Shown: positions 29,906 through 40,256, numbered from the stretch's first letter. The stretch is 64,000 bases of DNA from a bacterium (GCA_963693015.1 OY843748.1:2269337-2333336); one strand, 5' to 3'. The notes: generated by a model not told the origin, from the letters alone. Translations and numbers: made by a program.

Positions 29906-31456
29906 TTACAGTGGGATATTCCCGTGTTTCTTGGGTGGATTCGCGTCTCGCTTGTTCTTCAGCATCTCCAGCGCGGATATGATGCGGGGACGGGTTTCCC
30001 GGGGCTGGATCACTTCGTCGATATAGCCGATTTTCGCCGCGACGTAGGGATTGTCGAACTTCTCCCGGAACTCGGCGGTCAGCTTCTCCCGCAGGGCGTC
30101 GGGATCGTCCGCCTCGGCCAGTTCCCGGCGGTAGAGCACGTTCACCGAGGCTTCCGGACCCATGACCGCGAACTGCCCGGAGGGCCAGGCGTAGTTGACG
30201 TCGGCGCGGATCTGCTTGCTGTTCATCACGCAGTAGGCGCCGCCGTAGGCCTTGCGCGTGACCACGGTCAGCCGCGGCACCGTGCTCTCGCAGAACGCGT
30301 AGAGCAGCTTGGCGCCTTCCTTGATGATGCCGCCGTGTTCCTGGCCGACGCCGGGGAGGAACCCGGGCACGTCCTCGAAGACCACCAGGGGGATGTTGAA
30401 GGCGTCGCAGAAGCGCACGAACCGCGCGCCTTTCACCGAGGCGTCGATGTCCAGCACGCCGGCGAGCGAAGCGGGCTGATTGGCGACGATGCCGGCGGTC
30501 CGCCCGTTGAACCGGGCGAATCCCACGACGATATTGTCCGCGAATTCGCCCTGCACTTCGAAGAAGTCGCCGTGGTCCACCACCCGGTGGATCACGTCCT
30601 TGATGTCGTAGGGTTTGTTGGCGTCGTCCGGCACGATACGGGCGAGTTCCTCGTCCATGCGGTTGGGGTCGTCCGTGGGGGCCAGCCGGAGCGGGTCCTC
30701 CATGTTGTTCGAGGGCAGGAACGCCAGGAGTTCCTTCACCATGGTCAGGCACGCGGGTTCGTCGGGCGCGGAAAAGTGGGCCACGCCCGTCACGGAATTG
30801 TGGACGTGGGCGCCGCCCAGTTCGTCGAAAGTCACCTCTTCGTGGGTGACCGCGCGGATGACGTCCGGGCCGGTGATGAACATGTAGCTGGTATCCTCCA
30901 CCATGAAGACGAAGTCGGTCATGGCCGGCGAATAGACCGCGCCACCCGCGCAGGGCCCCATGATCACCGAAATCTGCGGGATCACGCCGGAAGCCAGGAC
31001 GTTGCGCAGGAAGATGTCGGCGTACCCCGCGAGGCTGACCACCCCTTCCTGGATGCGCGCGCCGCCCGAATCCTTGAGACTGATGACCGGCGCCCCGTTC
31101 TTCATGGCCAGGTCCATGACCTTGCAGATCTTCTCCCCGTAGGCCTGGCCCAGCGAACCGCCGAACACCGTGAAGTCTTCGGACACGACGTAGACGCTCC
31201 GGCCGTCGATGGTGCCGTAGCCCGTGATCACGCCGTCGCCGAGGATCTCCTTGCCCGCCATGCCGAAGTCACGGCAGTCGTGGGTCACGAAGGCGCCGAT
31301 CTCCTCGAAGCTGCCTTCGTCCAGGAGAAAGGCCACCCGTTCCCGCGCGGTCCATTTTCCCGCCTCGTGCTGCCGGGCGACGCGCTTCGCGCCGCCGCCT
31401 TCCGCCGCCTTCTTCCGCAGCGCGTCCAGATGCTTCATCTTGTCGGCCATGGACAT
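29906..31456 (-). CDS. pccB: Acyl-CoA carboxylase carboxyltransferase (propionyl-CoA carboxylase beta-like)
   Basis: DFTVFGGSLG, DSGGARIQEG, GPCAGGAVYSPA, KKHGNIPL C-terminus. Confidence 0.93.
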   Translation of the reverse strand: MSMADKMKHLDALRKKAAEGGGAKRVARQHEAGKWTARERVAFLLDEGSFEEIGAFVTHDCRDFGMAGKEILGDGVITGYGTIDGRSVYVVSEDFTVFGGSLGQAYGEKICKVMDLAMKNGAPVISLKDSGGARIQEGVVSLAGYADIFLRNVLASGVIPQISVIMGPCAGGAVYSPAMTDFVFMVEDTSYMFITGPDVIRAVTHEEVTFDELGGAHVHNSVTGVAHFSAPDEPACLTMVKELLAFLPSNNMEDPLRLAPTDDPNRMDEELARIVPDDANKPYDIKDVIHRVVDHGDFFEVQGEFADNIVVGFARFNGRTAGIVANQPASLAGVLDIDASVKGARFVRFCDAFNIPLVVFEDVPGFLPGVGQEHGGIIKEGAKLLYAFCESTVPRLTVVTRKAYGGAYCVMNSKQIRADVNYAWPSGQFAVMGPEASVNVLYRRELAEADDPDALREKLTAEFREKFDNPYVAAKIGYIDEVIQPRETRPRIISALEMLKNKRDANPPKKHGNIPL

Positions 31457-31546
31457 GGGATAGCGTTCTCCTGCCGGATCGTTCGCACTAAAGGTAGGTG
31501 TACGTTGAAACGACGATTACCGCCGCCGCGCTCATGACGGGGCCGT

Positions 31547-32440
31547 TCACGCTACGTCGAAATCCAGCGCTTCCAGCCCGGCGCGCAACCGGGCCTCCCC
31601 ATCGGCGGTCAGTCGGGCCAACGGCGGGCGCGGCGGACCCACGGGGATTCCCCGCCATTCGAGCATCGCCTTGATGCCGGCCAGGACGCCCACCGAGATC
31701 AGCAGCGCGATGACCCGGTTGGCCTGGACCTGCAGTGCCATGGCTTCCCGTATGCGGCCGCCGCAAAACGCCTCGTACATGCGCCGGAACATCCGGGGCA
31801 TGACGTTGTAGGTGGAACCGATGGCTCCGTCGCTGCCCATGACGAATCCCGCCACGCACATCTCGTCCGGCCCGGTGATGGCGTTCAGCCCGCCCCCGGA
31901 CAGGTCGACGAGCTGCTGGAAGACGAAGAAGTTCGGGTCCGTGAACTTGATGCCCGCGAAGTTGGGCACCGCGTCCATGGCCTCCAGGAACTGCGCGGGC
32001 GTAACCTGCCCGTCGACGTCGCGCGCGAGCCAGTAGACGTAGAAGGGGACCTCGGAGGCCCCGCCGATGGCGGCGTAGTGCCGGACGGCCGCCGCCAGGT
32101 CGTTGGGTTGATCCGCGGGCGCGACGGATGCCACCGCGTCCGCGCCCAGCGACCCCGCTTCCGACGCGAGGGCCACGGCGTCCTCCGTGGTCGTGCCGCC
32201 CACGTGAAAGATCACCGGAACCTGGCCCGCCACGTCGCGGGTCACGGTCTCGCACATCTGCCGGCGTTCCGCCACCGACATCTGCCGGCCCTCGCCCGTG
32301 CCGCCGGTGATGAAGAAGCCGTCGCTGCCGGCGTCAACCAGGTGACGCACCAGGGGCGCCACCCGCCCGGGCGACAGATCGACCCCGTCATCGAAGGGCG
32401 TGCAGAGCGCCGGCCAGATGCCTTGAACCAGTTTGGACAT
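31547..32440 (-). CDS. DHDPS / N-acetylneuraminate lyase / KDG aldolase family protein
   Basis: GIWPALCTPF, GGTGEG, YVYW, GIKFT, G.DE, GAIGST; start inferred at ATG 32440. Confidence 0.85.
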   Translation of the reverse strand: MSKLVQGIWPALCTPFDDGVDLSPGRVAPLVRHLVDAGSDGFFITGGTGEGRQMSVAERRQMCETVTRDVAGQVPVIFHVGGTTTEDAVALASEAGSLGADAVASVAPADQPNDLAAAVRHYAAIGGASEVPFYVYWLARDVDGQVTPAQFLEAMDAVPNFAGIKFTDPNFFVFQQLVDLSGGGLNAITGPDEMCVAGFVMGSDGAIGSTYNVMPRMFRRMYEAFCGGRIREAMALQVQANRVIALLISVGVLAGIKAMLEWRGIPVGPPRPPLARLTADGEARLRAGLEALDFDVA

Positions 32441-32462
32441 GATGGGGGAGCGGCAGCCGGTG

Positions 32463-33842
32463 TCAGAAATGGTAATTGATACCGAGTTGAACGAAACCGT
32501 CCCGGCGCAGATCATAGTACAGATCCGCCGGGTCGATATTGGTAATCGCGACCGCGCCCAGGTCCAGGGAAAACGCATCCGTCAGCCGGCGCGCCAGTTC
32601 CAGTCCGAAGATACGCTGACTTTTGTCCAGGTCGTAAAGCACGCTCGCGGTCATCTCCGTACCCTGGACGTCGTTCAGCATGAGCCGCAGGGCGGCGAAG
32701 AGGTCGTTTTCGTAAAAACTGGTCGCGCGGCGGCCCCGGCCGTCACGGTCCCATTCGGCGAAGAGGGTAAGGTCGGCGGCCGAATCCCACAAGGAAAAAA
32801 ACGTGTACTCGCCGCCCAGTACGAAGGCGTTGTAGGTCTCTTCCATGCCCGCCAGGTTACGTGCACCGGACCTTCGAATCGCCTCGAGCTTCAGCAGCAG
32901 GGACCCGGTGGTCCACTGGGCGTCCAGTCCGTACTGGCGGATCTGATCGTAAATCGGATACAGCACCGGTGGACCGGACAGGCCGGGCGGAGCGGGCAAG
33001 CCAGGGGTCCCGGAAGGGCCGCCCGTGCCGGGCGAAACGAGCGGTGCGGATGGTACGGATGGTGCGGATGGTACGGATGGTACGGACGCGACAGGCGGAT
33101 CCACGCCCAGGGCGGGCTCCCTGGCCGTACCATCGAAGACACTGATGCCGATATCCATCAGGCCGACGGCATGACTGTACCGGGCGGCGAAGTCCGGATG
33201 CCATTTGCCGAACGAACTCTCGTATTCCACTCGATCTTCGTCGACGACGAGCGATGCGCGCAAACGTCCCTTGCTGCCCGGAAACGTGCGTTTCCGGTGG
33301 TAGGGCATGCCCAGCAGTTCCACCACGCCCCAGTCCGACGACCAGGTCACGTAGGCCATGGGCTGCCCCATCCGGGTCTTTTCGTCGGGATGTTCGACCA
33401 GGTCGATCTGGTTGACGATATCCACCAGGTGGCGGGACTCTACCACGCCCCAGAAAACGCGGTCTATGCCCAGGCGCAGTTCCCATTCCCCGTCGCCGAG
33501 GGCGCCGGAAAGGAGGATATACGCCTCGCGCAGGTCGAAATGGGTACGACGGTCGTCCGCGCTGTCGTAGCGGAAGAAGGGGGTCACGTTGAGGATGCGG
33601 CCCCCTTCGTCTTCCAGGTAGAGGTTGGGTTGCGCAACGAATCCGCTCGCGTGGGAACCCTGCCCGGGGAAAAGGGCGGCCCGGGGAAACCACCGGCTTT
33701 CCGCGCTCAGCCGGCCCGTGAAGTCGATTTCGGCGATCCCGGCCTGGGCGCGCGCGGAAGCCGGATGCATCGCGACGGTGCCGCCGATCCCGATCACGCA
33801 GACTGCGAACCACAGTGAGCGAAGCATGATCCGCGAGGGCAT
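32463..33842 (-). CDS. Outer-membrane beta-barrel protein associated with MMPL/LolA-like module
   Basis: Signal peptide, DLREAY, RVFWGVVESRHLVDIVNQ, C-terminal VQLGINYHF. Confidence 0.7.
   Translation of the reverse strand: MPSRIMLRSLWFAVCVIGIGGTVAMHPASARAQAGIAEIDFTGRLSAESRWFPRAALFPGQGSHASGFVAQPNLYLEDEGGRILNVTPFFRYDSADDRRTHFDLREAYILLSGALGDGEWELRLGIDRVFWGVVESRHLVDIVNQIDLVEHPDEKTRMGQPMAYVTWSSDWGVVELLGMPYHRKRTFPGSKGRLRASLVVDEDRVEYESSFGKWHPDFAARYSHAVGLMDIGISVFDGTAREPALGVDPPVASVPSVPSAPSVPSAPLVSPGTGGPSGTPGLPAPPGLSGPPVLYPIYDQIRQYGLDAQWTTGSLLLKLEAIRRSGARNLAGMEETYNAFVLGGEYTFFSLWDSAADLTLFAEWDRDGRGRRATSFYENDLFAALRLMLNDVQGTEMTASVLYDLDKSQRIFGLELARRLTDAFSLDLGAVAITNIDPADLYYDLRRDGFVQLGINYHF
33043..33087 (-). 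repeat. In-frame 9-bp x5 repeat (SVP/SAP)
   Basis: ggt(g/a)cggat units. Confidence 0.85.
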
Positions 33843-34678
33843 CAACGCACCCGTCTCAGCCCGGTACGGGTGAAGTCGCGGTCGTCGACGTCGGTCCGGA
33901 ACCGGTAATCCGTCCATATCAGGTCGGTGCTCTTGCCCGTGAGATGATTTACCATGACCATCTTGCCGGCTCGCCAGTAACCGTCCAAATACTGCTGGTA
34001 TTCACCCACGGTCAGCGTCTTCAGATGAGCGTCCTTGCGGTCGAAGTACTCCACCTTCCAGACGCGGAGCGCCGACTTGTCGCGCCAGACCAGCTGGCGG
34101 CGGTAGACCGATCCCTTTTCCACCGGGACGCGTTCGGTCACCACGCAGTCCAGACCGTCGCCGCAGGATTCGTCGCGCAGGTACCGGTAGGTGTATTTCT
34201 CCACTTCCTGGATCGTCATGTCCTCGTAGGTAAACTCGCTTCCCATGAAGGAACCCGAACGGTTGGACGAACTGATGCGCTTGACGCGTTTGAGGGCGGG
34301 CAGGTAGAGCCACTGGTCGTCCGGCCGGTCCTTGTGGCCGTGGATGAGCAGCGCGGTGCCGCGGGCGTCCCGCGGCTGGTCGAAGACGAAGAGACTCTTG
34401 AAGCCGTCGTCTACGGTTTCAAGCATTTTCACGCGCACTTCGCGGAGGCTTTCCTGGCCCTTCTTGTTGCGCAGGACCATGGCCATGCTGGCCGTGAAAT
34501 TGCCGAACCCTTCATCCTGCTTCCGGGCGTCGCGGGCGATCTGCAGCCCGCGTTCTTCAGACGTGTTGGCCGCCGACGCCGCGGAGGGCGGGACGCAGGG
34601 CAAGAAGAAAGTCGCCAGCAGGCAAAGACACGCGGCCCGGACTCCGCCCATGGATCGCGCTTGTTTTTCGCGGTTCAT
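33842..34678 (-). CDS. Outer-membrane lipoprotein-sorting protein (LolA-like periplasmic)
   Basis: F..P.D.RGTALL, DDQWLYLPALKRVKRI, SFMGSEFTYED; ATG 34678. Confidence 0.85.
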   Translation of the reverse strand: MNREKQARSMGGVRAACLCLLATFFLPCVPPSAASAANTSEERGLQIARDARKQDEGFGNFTASMAMVLRNKKGQESLREVRVKMLETVDDGFKSLFVFDQPRDARGTALLIHGHKDRPDDQWLYLPALKRVKRISSSNRSGSFMGSEFTYEDMTIQEVEKYTYRYLRDESCGDGLDCVVTERVPVEKGSVYRRQLVWRDKSALRVWKVEYFDRKDAHLKTLTVGEYQQYLDGYWRAGKMVMVNHLTGKSTDLIWTDYRFRTDVDDRDFTRTGLRRVR

Positions 34679-36960
34679 GTTTTTCTCCTGTCGAGTGCCA
34701 TGAGCAGGGGAGGAAGCAGCAGGAAATCTGCGATGATCGCAAAGGCGATGGTGATGGTGACCAGCAGCCCGAGGGCCCAGGAAACCTGGAAGCCGGACCC
34801 CGCGAAGGCAAGGAATCCGGCGGACAGGACCACCGTCGTGGTCCACAGGGCCTTCCCCACGTACCGGAACGTAACCCGCACCGCTTCTTCCGCCGACAGC
34901 CCGTTCTCCTTGCGCGCCTTGAGGTACTTGCTGAGAAAATGGATCGTGTCGTCCACGACGATGCCGAACGCCACGACGATGACCACCGAAGCGGCGATGC
35001 CCACTTCGCCGACCAGGTGCCCCCACAGTCCGAAGCTCATGGCCGCCGGCACGAAATTGGGCAAGAGGCTTATGAGACCGAAGCGAAGGCTCCTGAAGAC
35101 CAGGACCAGGATGACCGATATGAGCGCCATGGCGATCACCGTCCCGCGCAGCATCGATTCGATATTGCGCTGGGAAATATGGGCGAAGACCACGCTCAGT
35201 CCGGTCGCCTCGGTGGCAAGGGCCGGGGCGTTTTCGCGGAGCCAGGCCTCCCCCCGGCCGGCCAGGTCCTGCAGATCCCGGCTCGATCGTCCGCGGATCA
35301 CGACGGTCATGCGGGTCGCGGACTTGGAAACGTCGATCCGATCGTTCAGGTCGCTGCCGAAGGGCAGGGACAGTTCGTAGAGCAGCAGGTACTGCGAAGC
35401 GAGGTCCCGCGCGTCTGGAATCCGGAAGAAGGCGGGATCGTCGTCGTGCATGTTCTCGTTCAGCCGTTTCATGACGTCCGAAAAGGCCTGCACGTGGCTC
35501 ACCTCGGGCTGACTCCGGTTCCATGCCGCGAAGGCTTCCACCTGCCGCAGGTAGTCCGGGTCGGTAATCCCGCCCTCTTCCTCCGCGTTGAGGGAATACT
35601 CCAGCGACAGCAATCCGGTCAGGTTGTCCATGACGAAATCCGTATCGCGCCGGAATTCGTAGCGTTCATCGAAATAGTCCGGCCAACTGTCCGTCAGCTG
35701 GTTCCTGGGCACTCCGGTGATCAGGACGATGGTCATGATGCCGACGAGCCAGAGCAGAGGCTTCCGACGCGAAACGACGAAACCACCCAGGCGGTCGAAG
35801 AAGACGGGTTGCCTGGCGCCGCCGGCGCGGGCCCGCAGCGGCAGGACCGACAGGAGCGCGGGCAGGAGCGTCATGGCGTAGACGAAAGTGATGACCACGC
35901 CGAAGGCCACGAAGTTGCCGAGGATGTGAAAGGGCGGCGAATCCGAGAAGTTCAGGCTGAGAAATCCGATCGCGGTGGTGATCGAGGCCAGGAACACCGG
36001 GTAGGCGTTTGTTTTCAAGGATTCCGCGACCGCCTCGTGCCGGGTTGCACCGCGTCTTATCCCCGAAAGCGTGTGGGATATGATGTGGACCGCCTGGGCG
36101 ACGGAAATCGCCATGACGATGATGGGCACGCCGGAATTGACCGGACTGAAAACGGTGTGGAACCAACCCGCGAACCCCATGGTGGTCGCGATGACGAAGG
36201 CGATCATGACGACGATGACGCCCGTACCCAGCAACGACCGCAGGAGTATGGTCGAGGCGATCACGATGAGGCCGAATACGATCGGCAGGAGCGTTTCCAG
36301 GTCGTCTTGCGTGGCATCGGCGAAGGCCCGGTTCATGACCACTTCGCCCGTCAGGAAGAAATCCATTCCCGCGTTGGCCGCCCGCGCCTCTGCCAGCATG
36401 GTGTCCAGGTAGTCGGTAAGCTCGAGTACCGCGAGGTCCGGATTATCGCCCAGCGCGAAATTGATCGCCAGCCCGGCCACGCGTCCATCCGGTGAAACGA
36501 GGCGTCCGACCACTTCCGGCGAATCCAGCGCGATCGATTCGATTCGTTCCAGGTCGGCATCGCTCTGCGATCGGGCGTCCTCGACGAGCGGACCGACGAC
36601 GAGATCGTCTTCCATCGCTTCGCTGTGAAAGTAATTCGTAAGGGAATTGACCCGGGTGGAGTATGGCGCGAGCCACGCGGCGTCGGTGAGATCTTCGACG
36701 ACGCCGAGCACGTCGCGGGTGAAGACGGAACCGGCCCGGGGCGCGATGGCGATCAGCGCGGTATTCGATACGGAGTAGGTGTCCTCCAGCGCGTCGAAGG
36801 CGGCGAGCTGCGGGTTGTCCTCGCCGAACATGATGCGATGCTCGTTGGACACCGTGATGAAACGGGCGCCGGCCGCCATGGCGAGCATGAACAGGGCGGC
36901 GACCGCGATTACCAGCCAGCGGCGACGCAGTACCAGATCGATGTAGCGATTCAGTTGCAA
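34675..36960 (-). CDS. MMPL/RND family membrane exporter
   Basis: Two TM repeats with periplasmic domains; LASITTAIGFLSL, GIVVDDTIHF. Confidence 0.9.
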   Translation of the reverse strand: MQLNRYIDLVLRRRWLVIAVAALFMLAMAAGARFITVSNEHRIMFGEDNPQLAAFDALEDTYSVSNTALIAIAPRAGSVFTRDVLGVVEDLTDAAWLAPYSTRVNSLTNYFHSEAMEDDLVVGPLVEDARSQSDADLERIESIALDSPEVVGRLVSPDGRVAGLAINFALGDNPDLAVLELTDYLDTMLAEARAANAGMDFFLTGEVVMNRAFADATQDDLETLLPIVFGLIVIASTILLRSLLGTGVIVVMIAFVIATTMGFAGWFHTVFSPVNSGVPIIVMAISVAQAVHIISHTLSGIRRGATRHEAVAESLKTNAYPVFLASITTAIGFLSLNFSDSPPFHILGNFVAFGVVITFVYAMTLLPALLSVLPLRARAGGARQPVFFDRLGGFVVSRRKPLLWLVGIMTIVLITGVPRNQLTDSWPDYFDERYEFRRDTDFVMDNLTGLLSLEYSLNAEEEGGITDPDYLRQVEAFAAWNRSQPEVSHVQAFSDVMKRLNENMHDDDPAFFRIPDARDLASQYLLLYELSLPFGSDLNDRIDVSKSATRMTVVIRGRSSRDLQDLAGRGEAWLRENAPALATEATGLSVVFAHISQRNIESMLRGTVIAMALISVILVLVFRSLRFGLISLLPNFVPAAMSFGLWGHLVGEVGIAASVVIVVAFGIVVDDTIHFLSKYLKARKENGLSAEEAVRVTFRYVGKALWTTTVVLSAGFLAFAGSGFQVSWALGLLVTITIAFAIIADFLLLPPLLMALDRRKT

Positions 36961-37003
36961 GGAATCCGAGTCCTCGTTTTAGTCCCTCGCGGGACCGGCC
37001 CGG

Positions 37004-38185
37004 CTACCACTCGCTTGATTCGGCAGCCTTGACCCGATCCGGCAGCCGGTAGCTCATGCCGATCTCATCGTAGGCGGAAAGCTGGAGCATCTGCGAGAAA
37101 TTGTCCAGCTTCGTCTGCCGGCCCCGGGTTTTCAGCACCCGGTTCTTCATCCGGTTTACGCGGTTCTTCAGGCGATGGGCGAACAGGACGCCGAATGTCC
37201 TGCTTTTCGGGTAGTTCAGTGCGTCGGCCAGTCGGTGCCCCAGCAGTGCGCGGGAGATATTGTACAGTGTCTTGAGGGCGGCAGCCACCTCGTCGGGATC
37301 CGTGACGTTCAACAACGCCGGCCCGGCCTCGATCAGGGCATTCGCGTTCGCGATCGAATGCTCGTCGGGCGGAGGTTCGCAGGTGAAGCCGATATCGATC
37401 ATCGTCCGGGCTTCCTCCTCGTCCTTCATGAGAATGCTTTCGGGGACGCCCATGATATAGCCGGTGTAGCGAAAGACCCTGACGAAGCCCTCCCTTTCTT
37501 CCGGCGTGTAGACGGCGCCCAGCGAGATCGAGTGCTTCAGGATCTGCGCGGAGAATATGCTGACCGCAAGGCCCACGTGGGCTGCGCTCAGGGGCGTGCC
37601 CCAGGCCCGGGCATCCCATACGTCGGCGTCTTTAAGCATGTGGCGCACCATGGCGTGCACGAACCGGATACGGGCGGAGAGCCGGTATCCGTCTCCTTCC
37701 CTTCGAAGTCCGCCGGGCAGAAAGATCTCCAGCAGGTGGCGGTTGTTCTGCTTGAATCGACGCGTAGCGTGGGGAGAGTGAACCCGCCCCGTCAGGTAGA
37801 ACGACTTGCTGATGAGCGTCGTGAACCCTTCCAGCAGGGCCGCGGTCACGAAGGCCACGAGTATCTCCGGCATGTTCTTGTGGAATCCGATCACGGCGGG
37901 GTGGAAGTCCTCGAACCGGACCCATGCCGGAATCTTCGAATCGACTTCCCGGAAATAGCGCCGGAGGGATTCCGGCGCCTTCTTCAACGTATCCTCTTCC
38001 TGGTGCAGGCCGGCGTGAATGTACTGGTGCATCTCGCCGGGCGGCATGCCGGACAGGTCGTCCATCACCGGGTCCAGGTCGGCGTCGCCGATCATGGTGT
38101 GTCTGATGTAGTTGTCGGCGAATTCCGGATTCAGGGGCCGGGCCTGCGCGTAACCCGGTGAGTAGGCTGAAGGGATCTGTAACAT
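37004..38185 (-). CDS. MpaB/Lcp-like (DUF2236) heme oxygenase family protein
   Basis: RIRFVHAMVR, WD..AWGTPLS, RYTGYIMGVPE. Confidence 0.8.
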   Translation of the reverse strand: MLQIPSAYSPGYAQARPLNPEFADNYIRHTMIGDADLDPVMDDLSGMPPGEMHQYIHAGLHQEEDTLKKAPESLRRYFREVDSKIPAWVRFEDFHPAVIGFHKNMPEILVAFVTAALLEGFTTLISKSFYLTGRVHSPHATRRFKQNNRHLLEIFLPGGLRREGDGYRLSARIRFVHAMVRHMLKDADVWDARAWGTPLSAAHVGLAVSIFSAQILKHSISLGAVYTPEEREGFVRVFRYTGYIMGVPESILMKDEEEARTMIDIGFTCEPPPDEHSIANANALIEAGPALLNVTDPDEVAAALKTLYNISRALLGHRLADALNYPKSRTFGVLFAHRLKNRVNRMKNRVLKTRGRQTKLDNFSQMLQLSAYDEIGMSYRLPDRVKAAESSEW

Positions 38186-38859
38186 CGCACCGTCCCCGGA
38201 TGTGACGATCGGCGTACTGTTAACACGACTTGAAGGTAAATCAAATCAGGATAGTGTCAATAAATTAGAAATTGTACGAGTTTGTACAGGTTTCTCCGAC
38301 TAATCCTTTATGTCGTTCAGAATCACTCTTTAAGGCTATGCACACGTGAACATCATTCGCCGTTGGATCGCACCAACGCTATGAGCAAATAGCCGGGTGA
38401 TCGGAACGACCGGTACGGACCACGATTCGGCAACCGCCCAATCCGGTCGAAGAAACCGTATCGAAACCTTGAAACCGGTCCGCCGCGATGAGGCGCCACG
38501 CGGCCGTCGCCGGTTGCGCTTCGAAGGCCTGGCAAGGTCGGATTACCCGGTCTTCCCTTCGAAGCACTCGGGCGCGTACTATCTACCGCCTTGACAATGA
38601 ACACGGATCGAACGTCGTCCCGCCGCGGCGGGAGCGGCTTTCGGTAACTGTGTACCAAACCGATGACGAGTCGATTGGCGGCTTGAGGACAGGAAACCGT
38701 CCGGACTTCAGCCAAACGGTCCGTACAGGGAACCGGGTGGATGAGGCTTCGGCCTCGGCCGCTTCGTTGCCGGTAATCAAACCACGTCGGATGCACCCGT
38801 TGCGCCTGAGCAGTCGTTCGCAATCAGGCGCTTTAATGGAAAGGTGTTATTTTGGAGCT

Positions 38860-39567
38860 ATGAACACGCGATCAAGAAGCCCAAAGGACGCGAATCTGAT
38901 ACACGCCTGCCTGGAGGGTCGATCGGATGCGCAGAGCCAACTCTACGAACTGTATTTCACACCGGACAAGCCCGTTCACTTCTGGGTCTTTCAGAAGGCT
39001 TACTGGATTCCCGCTGGCGAAAAGGAAGATATCCTCAATGACATATTCATTGCCGTCATGCAGAGCCTTCCGCAATTCGAGTTCCGAAGTGCGCTGAGCA
39101 CCTACATTACCCGCATTGCGAAGATCAAGTGCCTGGACGCCATGCCTTCGCGCCTGGGCGTCGCCAGGGGAAGGGGCATCAAATTCGTCGATGTCGACTG
39201 GTACACGGCGAGCAGCGACACGGGGTTGCAGATCGAAGATACCAATCCAAGCAGCATGCCGGATCGGTTCTTCAGGGTTATGGAGGAAGAAGAACAGGTA
39301 TATCTGCTGCATACGGCCCTGAAGTACTACACGGGCCCGAAGTGCAGGGACGTCCTCAAAATGTACGTCCACGAACTGAAAGGGGAAATGAGCAGGGAAG
39401 ACATCGCGGAAGTGTTCGGGGTCTCGGTGCAGCGCATGGGACAGATGATCTACGACTGCATGTATCGACTCAGGCGCAAGATGCAGAATCGATTCCGGGA
39501 TTACGAACACTTTACCAACTGCGTCTGTGAAGGGTTCCTACGCCCCAAACCAAAAAACAAGGAGTAG
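38860..39567 (+). CDS. ECF-type sigma-70 factor
   Basis: ATG 38860 with GGAG RBS; region 2 EDILNDIFI..MQSL..F.F.S.LSTYI.RIA; region 4 SREDIAEVFGVS. Confidence 0.8.
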   Translation: MNTRSRSPKDANLIHACLEGRSDAQSQLYELYFTPDKPVHFWVFQKAYWIPAGEKEDILNDIFIAVMQSLPQFEFRSALSTYITRIAKIKCLDAMPSRLGVARGRGIKFVDVDWYTASSDTGLQIEDTNPSSMPDRFFRVMEEEEQVYLLHTALKYYTGPKCRDVLKMYVHELKGEMSREDIAEVFGVSVQRMGQMIYDCMYRLRRKMQNRFRDYEHFTNCVCEGFLRPKPKNKE

Positions 39568-39569
39568 TC

Positions 39570-40256
39570 ATGCATCAGCGAGTTACGGGGTGCGACAACA
39601 TAGGCAGGTTGCCGGATCGTACTCAGATCGCTGACCTCCTGCGCAGATACAGCGAGCCACTGCTGTCTTCTTGTCCTTCATCGGAAACGCTGGTCGTTTA
39701 CTATGAAGACCCGGAGCAGCTTTCCGCTGCGGAACGAGAGGCCCTGGACGACCATCTGGGGATATGTCTCGATTGCCGGGACAAACTGAGGTGGTTGGAA
39801 GAATCCGAGACAGCGTCCTATGCCGTGTATTTCGCCCGCGTCATCTGGTACGTGCTCAGAGTGCGCCATCCAACCGGGGTTGAGGTGGCAGGGCCCGTCT
39901 ATTCCGGCGGCGGGGCGGTCATACCGGCCTCGCGTACCCCGCCGTCGGAGCAACCGGGTATTTCGCGCGGCGCCGGAGTCGATCGGGCTTCGGCGCCGTA
40001 CGTCGTCAGCGGGGACGGAGCGCTTTTCGGAGATATCCGTCAGGACCGGTATCGCCGGATATACTTCCGAATGACCCGGTTGCCCAGGTCCTTTCAGTGG
40101 CATGCCCTGCATATTCGCGCGCTGACGTTCGACCGGCGCGTGCTGGTGAGCGGAACCAGGACCATATCGGGACCGAAATTCCATATCGACCATCCTCCCC
40201 GTATCAAGCCCGGGGATCTCGACCAGGTCGAACTCGGATTGATCCCGTTGCGCTGA
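39570..40256 (+). CDS. Zinc-binding anti-sigma factor (ZAS), cytoplasmic
   Basis: CPS.E.L..Y...HLGICLDC (HxxxCxxC); no clear TM; 2 nt after sigma stop. Confidence 0.7.
   Translation: MHQRVTGCDNIGRLPDRTQIADLLRRYSEPLLSSCPSSETLVVYYEDPEQLSAAEREALDDHLGICLDCRDKLRWLEESETASYAVYFARVIWYVLRVRHPTGVEVAGPVYSGGGAVIPASRTPPSEQPGISRGAGVDRASAPYVVSGDGALFGDIRQDRYRRIYFRMTRLPRSFQWHALHIRALTFDRRVLVSGTRTISGPKFHIDHPPRIKPGDLDQVELGLIPLR

Noticed and set aside
29898-30752. N-terminal extension of the 789-aa accC ORF
   Set aside because: Overlaps pccB in another frame; the canonical start MIKKILIANRGE is at 29897
38488-38859. 124-aa N-terminal extension of the sigma factor
   Set aside because: No domain signal; strong GGAG RBS at ATG 38860; TTGACA at about 38591 suggests promoter/UTR
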